Shown here: positions 13,360-26,815 of the stretch, piece after piece
How positions within the stretch are numbered: the first letter of the stretch is position 1
How the letters are laid out: every line of letters begins with the position of its first letter
Origin: Laetmonice hystrix
Lineage: Eukaryota
NCBI GenBank assembly: GCA_965235115.1
Contig: OZ249436.1
Coordinates: forward strand, 7,006,001 to 7,070,000
Length of the DNA stretch: 64,000 nucleotides
Direction of reading: 5' to 3'
The notes under the pieces: generated by a model
Told to the model about the DNA's origin: nothing
Databases searched by the model: none
The model's input: the letters and a program-made list of their open reading frames with translations, nothing else
Program-made: the position numbers and the translations under genes

Positions 13360-15889
13360 ATAGACTTAGTGTTAATTTGCAGATTACATGTCACCCTAAG
13401 AATTTCAATTCTAATGAACTGACTTCTTGACTGAAATCAACTGTCCAGTATATTCCATGTGATCAGTTTCAATGAGACTTCCATTCTTAGAGCCTCCGAC
13501 ATTCAAACTTTCAGCGTCTATAATAGAAATAGCTTAGATTCATGTTTTCATTGCCATTTGTTTTGACCATATGTATTTCCAAAAGCCATGATAAAGGGAA
13601 TTGGGGTCCTGGGAAACAAAAGACCAACCTCAAAACAGGCAGGTAAGGGCCTAATTCACGGTTCCCAGTTGTTGGAGGTCATATCTGAAACCCTGCTGTT
13701 GTTTTCACTTTCCCTCCTTGTCATAGTTTCCAACTCAAATCCTGACTCTTTTAAATGAATCACATCTGGTAATCAAGCAACAAAACACTGCGGAAAGTCA
13801 GGCTTCCAGCGTCAGACGATAATGTCACAGAAAAAGGCAGAGCACGTGTGGCCCTGTTCTGACTGGTACCACTTGCCATCGACACACTGCTGCCAGCAAT
13901 CGTTCATACCAGGACAGAAATTTAAGCCATTTTCCATTAGCTTTGAGGGGAGACAGCTAAAACGTGGCCATGTGACTGCCATGTAACGGGAACCCATGGG
14001 CCCAGGATAATGCAGCAGCACCTAGTAATCCGTCCCGCCATGACTCACGTATTTAGCATCATGTTCAACCAAAATTTACTCTCGATTATGTCCCGCTGAA
14101 CCTCTTAAAACAGTCTGCAAGGAGGGAGAAAAAAGGTGGGATTCACGGGTCTTTGGGGACGAACTGTGGTAAAGCCCAGATGTGAGGTCGATTCGTTTCC
14201 ATTATTAGAATGCGGGTGTTTATCGGCATTCATGAACAATAACGTCTTGTTTGCTGCCATTTAATTTCGCACGCCATTTACCCGGTTCATCCCCCTTCAT
14301 TGTAACGGAATTTCTTCCGTTTTATTGATTGTAATTGAACTTAAAACCAGATCCATATGAATTATTCCCGGGACGTATTTCAGAAATAAGTCATCATCGT
14401 CTTTTAGGTTCAATCCATGGACGTCTCGATCAACAACAACTGACTTACTCATGTTTTGTTGTTGTGAGGGGGCCGGGTTTCCCTCCCGTCGTGACTATGT
14501 ACTCGAGCTGTTGGTTGTTTCCGAAAGCCTTGGCATTGCTCCGGTTATCGTGCTCTCTCTAGACTTGGTGAGTTCTTTAGACTTGGTTCACCAGGGTTAC
14601 TCTCCTGGAATGACAAACACTCTTTGAGGTGAAAAACCCTTTCCTATGTGTGGGCAGCGTTTCAATTGATAGGAATGAGAAAAAGACACGCGAGTAGACA
14701 CAGCTTTGTGAGCTCGTCCTGATAAGACACGGGCGGAGGCAGTCTGACTCTGTCTCATGACCCCGCTTTGGAATCTAATCTTTCCCACTCGCTATGCAAT
14801 CAAAGCAAACGGTGGTTTGGACTGGAAATCCGCCGAGCTCGTATCAGAATGAGCTGGCTGATCGAAAAGTGAAGAAAAGTGCAACAAAAGTCATCCACTG
14901 AGTGTGACCAACTGTTTGTTACTTATCGTAACTCACAGGGTGTTTATGTTTGTGCTTGAGCACGCATTAATGCGTTTCTGTATATGTGGGTGCTTCTCTA
15001 TAAACTTACGGGGGGGGGGAGAAAATACAGAGATTGCTTTGCACTGAAATGATTAAAAGGTACATTTTGACCCTTGTTAAACTTCTCTCATTGACCTCAT
15101 CTCAGTCGAAGTCCCGGACCAGCCGAGCTGCTCACGTCACTGACGATAAAATAACCTGGCATAATTTATGTTTTCTTTTTTTTAAATAAATTTGGTTTTC
15201 TTTATTACATGTATTCTTGCTGTTGCAGCAAGACGGGAAAAACAGCACATTAAGTGTGGAATGGGAAATGACTGCTACTTTACATACAGATTGGTTTGAT
15301 CACGGATATGTACTAAAAACCAGCTTGCTATCTCCTTTATAGTCAGTAAATAGTCAGTAAGCAAAAATAAAACCTCGGACTTAATATCATTGACTAGATC
15401 TATCTTCAATATGTCATCTTTTTCTAAACCTAGAAGCTTAAAATGCACACTGTTCGATTACAAATATAAAAAAAACTTGAGCATCCGCTTAAATGGAATA
15501 ACTGCTGCAACGATATTCTAGCAGAAGCTTTCCAGACAACCTTGGGGATACTTTTTACTGACTTCTTTCTCTAACACCTGCTTCTGCTTCATCTAAAAAT
15601 TGCGGACAAGCACAATAATAGAAAGAAATGCTACGGATGTTAGTATTTCCTTAAACGCTCTCAAAAATTCATCAATCATCTTTCATGCATTTAGTTTTTC
15701 TTTCAGCCATTTGATTCCAAGATAAATGTGACCCTGAACTTCATTCTATGAACATATTTACTCCCTAAATGACTATATGAAAAATATATTCCCTCAGCTT
15801 CATAGTTATCTCAACCAACAGTGAACTACCCGACATAGTGTTAGTTTGATTACATCTAATGTACTCGTCTGTTGATCTTTCCTTTAACA

Positions 15890-15954
15890 AAGAACGCTCC
15901 TGTATCAGCAGAAGAACGCTCCTGTATCAGCAGAAGAACGCTCCTGTATCAGCA
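15890..15954. repeat. Triplicated 22-bp unit (AAGAACGCTCCTGTATCAGCAG)
   Basis: Three tandem copies, the last lacking its final base. Confidence 0.95.
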
Positions 15955-17349
15955 ATATTCTGATGTTACTTATTACCAAGGATGTCTCGGATTGGCCGAG
16001 TGCAAATGGACACAACAAAAGAATGTAACAATGAAGCTGCAAACTTACACCCGAGCTGAGGTAACAATTTCTTGCCTCCAACAAGACTGACTTCGATGTT
16101 CTATAGCTATCAAATTGTCCTTCCAATATTCACAGTAGCCATCCTCTAAAGGCTTTTGTACCTGCCCTTTACATTGTTTGTCTCTACATGTATATTTCTC
16201 AGACAGATGCAAGTATGTATTCCCTTCTAGACTAAACCTTTCCTTTGGCGTGAAATATGTTCAGCAACTTCGACTCTGTAATTGATGCCATTATGTTAAT
16301 CAACGTATGCCTCCAGTTCCTACTTGTGCAATAAAACTGTACCTCTGGGCACTGGTTGGGAACTGATAACCATTCTATCCTAATCTATATTTTCTGGTGA
16401 TATTGGCTGCGGGAATGGCAATGACTATTAATACGACACCAAGCTAAAACTACCATGCTGGTCAACATGACCATGAGAGATTTTTACTTCCAGTCTCATT
16501 TCCACTGCTGCAATTATTGCAAAGCTCTACTGACCAATGTTAATGATTGCATATTCATTGCAAAATGATCAGGACGGACATATTTACATCCCAATAATTT
16601 ATTTCCTAAAAATTCTCTGATCGTACATCTAGTTATGAGACTTGGACTAAAACATTCTGTTGTCAGAACGCAAGCTCGATTTTTCCTCCAAATCATTTCT
16701 TCTGGTTGGTAAGTGGGATTAAATCTACATATATATATTAGTACGGTAAACTCCACAATGTTTTTATGGTTTTATTTACAATTTCATGGATCATGAAGCC
16801 TTTCCTCGTAAATGAAAAGATGATCACATATATACATTCGGATATGTCTTCATACGAAGTAGGTAAAATATTGCTATATTACGTGTCCGGCAGTGTTTCC
16901 TAACATGCCGTTAGCTTGTCGTATCGTTAACACCAGAGTAATTTCAATGGGGATTTTAACGTAACATTATTTAACGACAGGCGGTAAAACTCACCTCATT
17001 GACCAACGTTTGCACGTAGCCAAGTAATTTTGGATTGCGTTTCACAACTTATACATGGAACGTTTCATTGGCAGTGCTGCAAATGGCCAGATTCGACAGG
17101 CTCACATTCACGCTGTTCAATACTGAATATCACTTAATACTGACACCAACAATACTGAAACATGAACACTTAAGGACATATGACATCGTCTGATTTCTTG
17201 AATCTCACTTTCCTTTAGGGTTTCGTCGACATGTCATATTATATTCGCACACCATACTCACATATAAGAAATTAATGAAACAACTGTTGGAAACATGGGT
17301 GACATGTGACGCCATGGCCCTATACAGTTTATTGGAATGAACAAAATAC

Positions 17350-17602
17350 CACTGGCGGATCCAGGAATTCACTAAGGGGGGGGGGCACAGGAAAACAATT
17401 CATGATTGTTTGCATTACTAACGCTCTTTTGTTGTATGTAAGACTACAGTGCATGTCATAAGTTACAGCCAACTGCTTCATCATGTCCACTCAAGATGTC
17501 CTAAGGTATGCACAAGTGTTGTAAATATGACAAAATTATTTTAAAATGAGTATAATTGGGGAAGCTAAAGGGGGGCATGTGCCCACCCCCCATCCGCCTA
17601 TG
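17350..17602. mobile_element. MITE-like element, GGCGGATCC family copy 1
   Basis: Left end CACTGGCGGATCCAGG followed by a G-run. Right end CCCCCCATCCGCCTATG is an imperfect inverted copy. No TSD seen. Confidence 0.55.
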
Positions 17603-19297
17603 AGTACAAGCACAATGAAAAACGTGAACTGCGACTACTAAAGAGATGTTTTCATGATGAGATATGTGTGAACGCGCACTGAGAGTCCGTCCCCGGCTGA
17701 CGACATGCGAGTGGTGGAGACCCTCTGGTCCCACCTGACACCAGGTGTGGATGCTGTGACAGTACCCTGTGGCCGCTGACCACTGTCCAGCCTCCTGCTC
17801 CAGCTGGACTACAGCAGTGCCTGCCCTCTAGCCATGACACGGTGGACATGACACTGCGGCCAACGGTCATCAATCCCATCAGGGGACCGTCTCAACGCTC
17901 ACCGATGGCAGGACAGGCGGGGAGAGGGGACATATCATAAAGATACTCACAAAGCGGGTCTTATCCTTTAGACATCATCATTGTCATCGCCATCCTTATC
18001 TGTACTGCCCGTCGGCCCCAACAGCTATAGGTTCCCTCACCAACGGACAACAATAGCACATTATGATAGCCACAGCGGTAGATTTTCTCCATCGAGACGG
18101 TACCATACACTACTCACATATTGAGTTATACTCACCTGCTTATTACAAATTTAAAAAAAACAATGTCAACTACCGCAGATTAAAAAGTAAATGATATAAA
18201 CCAGATTTGAAAGGAGAGGAATTTTTTAGCCTGTGGCAGATGGTTGCGCTCTCCTGGAATCATGTTGCAAGGTTTTTTTCCGGGCATACCAACATGAAGT
18301 TTTCTCCAAGACAAGCTCGGTGAGTTTGCCCGTTAATGTAGACCTAGTGTGCCACCTGGCTCCGTATCACACCTGTCATGGCCACACTCCATTAGATGGC
18401 GATGGCCGTCAGGGTGACGGACACGCTCCCAAGTCTGACACGCCAACACGATATGGCCATCTCTGTACACAATAATAACATTAGGAGCACGAGGACACTG
18501 TGTCACCATGGTTGTCCCAGGGCGTTGTCATGTCGACGCCACCACCACAGCAGTCCGTCAGACTGGTCTCCAAGGCCGCGTCCCTCCCATCGTCGCACCA
18601 AAACTGATTCTTCAAAAGCGTAGTAAAAATTCTCTCTTAAAACAATACACCTTCATACTTATCAATTTTTAATAGGAAACATTTTTTAGCAATTTATTAC
18701 AATTTTGGTGAATCGACGAAACTGTTACATTTGGAATATGTTCCAACTTCGAATCTAAGCCTGATGCAAGTCTTGGGACCAGCTTACCTTCAAAATGGAG
18801 GCAGTGGAAAGTTAGCAGTGGTCTGGCTTTATCATTATCCTATCCAAATCAGTTCACGTTTAATTGCTTCCTATATTCCGGCACCAACTGAAATGTTTTA
18901 CACCGATATTTTAGAGCTGACCAAAGAGAGACTTTAAATCATAAAGTTGTTCGCCAATGTAGCTAATGAGCGGGAAGGCCTGAAGCACGCGCGGTGATTG
19001 AAAAAAACGGATGGTGTTAACTTAATCTTCTCCCGCCATGTTTTTGTCAGTTAACAGTATCACAATGATACGTTAATTATTACACTTTTAATTACTCGGT
19101 ACAATGTAATTAGCGCACCATGATGTAACTGCGAAATGTCAGCCTCTAGAGTTTGTTACATGGGAAGGTAGTAAAATATTAAATCCGCACAGACATACCT
19201 ACTTTTCACGTCCCAGAAACTGGCCATGCGATTAACAAAAATGTATATTGCCAATTTAACTGGCTTGGAAGTTAAATGACATTTTATCTGGAATCAT

Positions 19298-19673
19298 ATC
19301 TGGTGCAAGGCAAACATCATTATAAAGCTAAATCTGGGACTTCTAAAATCTGGTGCAAGGCTAGCAAACATCATTATAAATCTAAATCTGGGACTTCAAA
19401 AATCTGGTGCAAGGCTAGCAAACATCATTATAAAGCTAAATCTGGGACTTCTAACATCTGGTGCAAGGCTAGCAAACATCATTATAAATCTAAATCTGGG
19501 ACTTCAAAAATCTGGTGCAAGGCTAGCAAACAGCATTATAAAGCTAAATCTGGGACTTCTAAAATCTGGTGCAAGGCTAGCAAACATCATTATAAAGCTA
19601 AATCTGGGACTTCTAACATCTGGTGCAAGGCTAGCAAACATCATTATAAAGCTAAATCTGGGACTTCTAAAAT
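19298..19673. repeat. Minisatellite D, 7 units of 54 bp (ATCTGGTGCAAGGCTAGCAAACATCATTATAAAGCTAAATCTGGGACTTCTAAA)
   Basis: Direct tandem copies; the first unit is 4 bp shorter. Explains ORF 19276..19701. Confidence 0.97.
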
Positions 19674-20334
19674 TTGTAGCAGACTTTTTATTCAGCCATG
19701 ATTGACTGAATAACTGAATAACTGAATATTCTGTGTATTTACCTCGGCCGACTAATTTCATTTTGGAGGTTTGTGATATTTTGACCATGTCATTATTATG
19801 AAAGTGTTTCCACTCTCTAACCCTTGGCCAGTGGATGAATGCTGAGTTTGCTGACCCCGCCAACCACGTGACACCAGCTTGGACAGATACTGCCCACCAA
19901 CTGACCGCAGGTGATACAAGCATGCGAACATATCACCCGAGGTGGATGGGCCGGTCGCCAACACTGACAGACATACATAGAGACACGGGTCTGGTGGTGA
20001 CTGTGGCTGGGGGCCCCGAGGGGTGTACGGTCCGGCAGCTACCCCGGGATGTACAGCACTACGTCCGGCGGCGGGCAGGCGGCCGACCGACCGACAGGAC
20101 CGGCGCCGCCATCAATCACTGCCAAGGTCACTCCGACTCCACGGGGCCGTATGGATGGCGACCGGTCGGACCAGGGACCGTCCCAGCCTCCCCACCAGTC
20201 CTCACACTCTATGGTTGAACCAATTCCAGCCTCGTGTGAAATATAAGCTCGGGTATATGATCATACCACTGGGGTTAGTCTCAAAACGAGATGGTGTTTC
20301 CTATTTGTACTCAAAAACCAATACACTAGAACAT

Positions 20335-20797
20335 GCCAATGACTGCTGCCCCAAGGTCAATGTGTTTGTTGTCAATGACTGCTACCCCAAGGTCAATGTG
20401 TTTGTTGTCAATGACTGCTGTACCAAGGTCAAAGTGCGTGTTGCCAATGACTGCTGTACCCAGCTCTACCAAGGTCAATGTGCTCGTTGCCAACACTGCT
20501 GTGCCACGGTCAATGTCCTTGTTGCCAATGACTGCTGTAGCAAGGTCAATGTGCTTGTTGCCAATGACTGCTGTACCAAGGTCAATGTGCTTCCAATGAC
20601 TGCTGTCCCAAGGTCAATGTTTGTTGCCAATGACTGCTGTCCCAAGATCAATGTTTGTTGCCAATGACTGCTGTACTAAGGTTAATGTGCTCGTTGCTAA
20701 GGACTGCTGTACAACGGTCAATGTGCTTGTTGCGAATGACTGCTGTACCAAGGTCAATGTGCTTGTTGCCAATGACTCCTGTCACCAGCGCAATGTG
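20335..20797. repeat. Degenerate minisatellite E, about 13 units of about 33-36 bp (GCCAATGACTGCTGTACCAAGGTCAATGTGCTTGTT)
   Basis: Tandem copies with many substitutions and indels. Confidence 0.93.
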
Positions 20798-23700
20798 TAA
20801 AATATCCTTGTTAAGAGAGTAACTTTGGTACCAAGACAACGGAAGCTCATTTCCTCTTGCAGTTACATTGGTGCTACTGATAACGACTCACACTTAACTT
20901 CATCTGCATTATATACTGCATTATATACTCCTTGCATTACTTGAGCACTGCCAAGTTGGCTGACACACAATTTAGAGTAGTAAATTCTAAGTATGGATAA
21001 AAAAATGTTCTACTTCCATGGCAAACAACAGCGATCAGAACAGCGTTCCATTCAAAACTGTCTAAATATAACATAGATATAATTTACCAGACCATGGAAA
21101 GTGGTCCCATACAAGACTCCTCCCCATATCCCTGCTTGATTTCCCTTCCACTGGGATGAATGATTACTGGAAGATGATGATATATCTGGCTATAAGTCAC
21201 ATGTTGTTTGTTTTGTGTCCGTGCAGCTGACAGCTTGATGACACACACCATCAATACTCGTGTCCCGTGCTGTCCACTGCCCAGCCAGCAGATTACCCCC
21301 GACAATTTGTTCCTCGTCCATGTTAGGCTTTGATCTGGCGTTCAACAAGCGGCACTATGTAATCAGTTCGCTGATGGCGGCCGCACGCCCCCTAACACAG
21401 TTAAAGCCGGCCCCAGCAAACCCCATATTTACGTTCCAAAAACCCTGCGAAAAGACAGGAATTACACGGGATTTTCAATCCTACCTACTCTGAAAACACT
21501 CCAAACAGCTTGATTGCACGTAACATTCGGTGACAGGAAGAGAAACTCTTCATCAGATTCTATTATGAAAAGGCCCGTAAAATTCGCTGTTCTAGGAGAG
21601 ATCTATAAAAAGGCTACCATAACTCACTGGGGGACATTTATCTTACTCCAGGAACACTGCTGGTCCCTCGCTGTGTGTTGTACAGATGACCGTTGGATTT
21701 TCACCGCCGTAACTGATGACCTGAAACCATAGCTGTTTGGCTTGGTTTGACCCAGTAAAACTACCCAAACCATTTCTTGTCAACAGACCTCAAATAACAA
21801 GTCTTAGTAAGATCATTATATAGGGTAGGACAATTCTATAACAGTGTTTGTCTATATGTCGATACCGTTTAGATGTGCAAGACGTTTCCCTCTTTAATTA
21901 AGCGAAATCAATTTAACAATTGACTCCATGCTAAACGCTGCGCAAACCTACTTTCTTGATTACGTAATACAAAATTAACTTTGCAATTCTATCACATCTC
22001 CCTTCTACCAGATGTCGCAATAACAGCGCCTTTTTTCGATGTTCATGTGGAGGCGCAAAGGTCCCAACTAATGTGTTGTTTATCTCTTTGTTTTATGGGT
22101 ATTGTGACTGTAAATATTGTGAACGTTATTCCTAGGGCTTCCACAGTTAACCGCCACAGAAGTATCATTTATACACAACCTGACCTCATCATGATCACCA
22201 TCATTCTAGGGACGGCCACGGGCGTCCTGAATACCAACGGCTACACCTATAAAACAGACTAACAATGAGATCCCCGGCACCAGATCGATGAGCTCTAGGT
22301 ACATGTTGCCACCTCTGTCTGCCGTTTGTGTAAAACCAACATCGACTTCTGACCTCTGTCAACAACTCTGCACTGTGCTGGTATTTAGTTTAGCACAGTT
22401 ATTGTCAGAACACAGTGTTGGATTGTCCCAACGGCTCCAGGATATAAATGGGACGAAGAGGTGCGGCGGCTGGGAGCAGGACGAACTCTGGCTGTGGTGA
22501 TGTGGCTCCGTGCTCGTCAGCTCTCAGTTACAAAGGGCGACTAAAGGCACCAACCAATCACACACCACAGTCCTCTGGGGCTTGATACTGTCATGCTTTA
22601 TACAACCTGTTCATTTTTCAAATAAGTCTCGAGTTCAAGGTGAACCGTCAAAGGAACGAAACAATAACTTAGTGCTGGCTTCCAGCAGGGTACTTTATGA
22701 CAATCGGACCACCGTCTGACTGGCTCCACCCTGTCCAGGGGGTATTAATAAACATAGGTAAGACTGACTCTACCTTGTCTGGCGAGGGGAGGAAGGATAT
22801 CAGCCAGCACTGACTACCCTTTACCTCTGGGGCCTGTATCAGATAAAGGTAAACCTACGGGGTATATTAGGGACACGAACCACTTCATTCGGCGTCTCTG
22901 TGGGCTCCACACTACATCCGGCATACAATTACAACTTAAGTCTAAGTGGCACAGATATAGCACTCCTGTAGATATCTACCATTTTACCATGGACCTATGA
23001 CTTAACCTTGACATCATGCTGTCAGTCCACCCAAGGCAAGGTATAGGCGGACCTGCAGGGACCATTCTCAGAGGCACGGCCGGCTCAGGAGAGTCACTTT
23101 AAGCGACTCTATGGCTGATGCCTTGTTTTATCAACTTTACCCTGTGTAAGCACGTGGGGCTTCTTCCTTCATTTCCCAACTCATTTCCCCCCACACCCTC
23201 TGATCAGCGCCTAACACTCGCAGTTTCACAGCCGCTTCATTCGCCTCTACTTGCGTCAATATTTGAGTGGCGTTTCTCCCCGCGGTCATCGCTCAGCAGA
23301 CACGCTTCCTACCCGGGCCCCACGACCGCCGGGCCAGCCCCGCCGGGTCCATATAATGCTCGGCAGAGCGCCCCTATTCTGTCTCCACTCCATTTGCGAA
23401 ATTGGAGTAAGCACATAGAGGAACAAAAACCACCCCAATGGTAGCACACTGTAGGAATGTTCCCTGCAGACCCAAATAATGGAACAGCAATGACACTTAA
23501 TCGTAAGCCCTCATGGAAATTTGCGTAGCATACCTAGACGGCAGCAAATTACAGCCCTAAAGTGTGAGTGGGTTAGTGACTCCATCTGGCATACTGGATG
23601 GCTTTGAGTGAAAATTTCATTTTCCTGGGAGTGAATGGATATCCTATCAATTTCTCAGGATGCTCCAGATAGAATTGAGAAAAAAAAATGAAATGTATTT

Positions 23701-26049
23701 TTTCAATGACGCTTCTGTGCTTTTCCCTCCCATCTGCGATTCATAAATACTGATAAAATTTCAATGATGTTTAATGATGATTACTTGGAATGATCCTCTT
23801 GCTGCTACACCTTAACTGAATTACATGTGGGATTTTACCATAAAAAATGATCCCGCAGCCTTTGGCTGTTGGTTATTGTAATGGTGGAGATGTGTGAGAA
23901 AGAAAGCTGGGATTGGGAGAGAGTGGTTTACCAACACTCTCAGATGATGACGATACGCTTTGTGAAACAACGATCCACAGGAAAGCCTACTGGACCACAG
24001 AGGGGACCAGACATGGAGATAGGCCAGATACAACTCTAGAGGTTCACAAAGAGAGAAAGGCGGGGTGCATCGGAGGCACTGATCAGGGGCACCCCCTTGA
24101 TGTCTTGATCTAAGCCTCATCACAAGAGATCACACCAATTGCCTCATCCTTCATACAAACGGCAATAAGCCGGGACAATTCGCTATCAAATCTCGATGGG
24201 ATGTGTCTCTCTAGCCCGTCCAATCTCCGAGTGTCCCGCTCTCACACCAATAACATCCCACTATCGGCAAATACTTGACAAGCCTCATCATTGCCACAAT
24301 GCCAAATTGTGACAATCTCCCACCGCAACTTTTGCAATGTCATGCATGCAATCTTATGAGTACGTGCAAGGGTACATCATCCATTTTCCCAGAGTGGACA
24401 CTCAGACTGACTTCTTACATCAATGCTACCTCCAAACGTATTCCTTTGACCACTAGATTAAATTTATTTGACACAATTTCATGAATTCATTCCCGTAAGG
24501 GTAATAAGGACAGAGAGTTGACTAACCAGGACTGCAATCACAGCAAACAAGCCTTGATTCGTTCCCATTACCGTCCACAGACACAACTTTCCATCCTAGC
24601 CCAATCACCCCAGTCCGACCCCACCCCAAGCGGACACATACTTGCCTATCGAGAGTCTAACGGCAAATTTGCAGACAGCAGTTTTGGCGAGACGCCTTGG
24701 GCCCTTTTAGGCAGACATCCAAATCGATCTATATTCGGGGATCACTGCAATGCCTTTTGGCGTCGACTGTTTTCCTGTTCTGTCAACGCTTATAGCAGAG
24801 AACGACCTTTCGTCTACAGCTCTACAATAAACTAATAAAGATTGTTTTGAATTTTTCCCTTTTATATCCGAACTGGGCTTTCCAACACGAGTGATGCTGC
24901 GAGTTATAATCTGGCTTGCCATTCCTTGTGGGTCTCGGTTAGTAATATCAATATTTGTTCTCCAATCACAAATCCGACCCAGGCAGTAATTCAGCTGCTG
25001 TCAGTCGGCAGTAAACGAGCTGCTTCACAGGGGGCGTGGGTGTGGGGTGATGCCCTACCACCACATTACACTTGTGGGCAGTGATAGATCCGAGGTCAGA
25101 GCAGACACTGTGGAGACCGACTTGCATACCAATACGTAGGCCGAGATCTGTACAAGTCAGACATGGAGAGTCTGGGCGGGCGTTTAGCTCAGCCTCCCTG
25201 TTGACACTGCTGATGAGCTTCATACAATATAAGAATCGAACAGCATCCAAATTCCAGCTGAGCTTCTTTAAGACACATTCATAAAGCACTCGACAGCCAA
25301 ATTACCAAAATTGCTCAGCGAAATTCTTCAACTTCTTTTCTCTGGTTAACTGGCCATTGTGGAGGAACACATTAAATTCTATGTACATGTGTGTCCATAG
25401 GACTGAAACGGCAGAAAGCAGTGTTACAATTGGTCTGACCTAAGCCTACAATACTATATGTTTATGTTGCCAATAACATGAAAATCTCAGTATGACTTAA
25501 CGTTATGGCCGACCATTTAGTAGATACCCCTGCCCCCATTACGGTGCACAATATGGGTTAGTCAACACTGAAGGCTTTTTGGTTCGCCATTACCAACTGT
25601 CCCTACCATGCACAGCATAGTTAGGTGAGAAAGGCTCGTCAGTAATGCACTTCCAATGCTCGGTTCTGTACACAATGCTGCATGCCCAAATATACTCAGC
25701 CGAAGGGATGCATTTGTTTCATTGCTACTATAGTCTTTAAATCACATACTGGTCAAACAATTTAATTTTGCTACTGGCCATTGAATGGATGAAGCAATGA
25801 CAATGTGGCTGTTCTATCTACAAATATTAATGAGTTATAGTCCAGTTTGGCCAAATGGCCTTGGGCTATTTACTGACTTACCCATGGTACTTTCATCAAA
25901 TACACATCAGCAATACAGGTGCTACTCCGCATCATGCCGATTTGTAAATATGATGTGTCACTTCATGGGACATCATGGAGTACACATGTAGAGATACCAG
26001 CTGATGTCTTGTGTCAGGACAATATCTACCAAGGATACCTTAGCATTTC

Positions 26050-26815
26050 AAGGTCGTCGGACTTCATCCAAAAGGTTGTAACGTACCCTCAACGTCTCCC
26101 ATGGACTTCACCACCGACACCTAATGAAGGGCGTCGGACTTCATCCAAAGGTTGTATCGTACCCTCAACGTCTCCCATGGACTTCACCACCGACACCTAA
26201 TGAAGGTCGTCGGACTTCATCCAAAGGTTGTATCGTACCCTCAACGTCTCCCATGGACTTCACCACCGACACCTAATGAAGGGCGTCGGACTTCATCCAA
26301 AGGTTGTATCGTACCCTCAACGTCTCCCATGGACTTCACCACCGACACCTAATGAAGGTCGTCGGACTTCATCCAAAGGTTGTATCGTACCCTCAACGTC
26401 TCCCATGGACTTCACCACCGACACCTAATGAAGGTCGTCGGACTTCATCCAAAGGTTGTATCGTACCCTCAACGTCTCCCATGGACTTCACCACCGACAC
26501 CTAATGAAGGGCGTCGGACTTCATCCAAAGGTTGTATCGTACCCTCAACGTCTCCCATGGACTTCACCACCGACACCTAATGAAGGGCGTCGGACTTCAT
26601 CCAAAGGTTGTATCGTACCCTCAACGTCTCCCATGGACTTCACCACCGACACCTAATGAAGGTCGTCGGACTTCATCCAAAGGTTGTATCGTACCCTCAA
26701 CGTCTCCCATGGACTTCACCACCGACACCTAATGAAGGTCGTCGGACTTCATCCAAAGGGTTGTATCGTACCCTCAACGTCTCCCATGGACCCCACCACC
26801 GACACATAATGAAGG
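26050..26815. repeat. Minisatellite F, 10 units of 76 bp
   Basis: The exact 76-bp period is shown by near-identical ORFs starting at 26152, 26228, 26304, 26380, 26456, 26532 and 26608. Interior units differ only at GAAGGT/GAAGGG. Confidence 0.98.

Noticed and set aside
19276-19701. ATG-initiated ORF with an 18-aa repeat (HHYKAKSGTSKIWCKASK) echoing the YKAK of mussel adhesive proteins
   Set aside because: It is open simply because the unit is 54 bp. Inter-unit changes are mostly non-synonymous (A/S, K/N, H/Q), there is no signal peptide, and no splice or promoter support.
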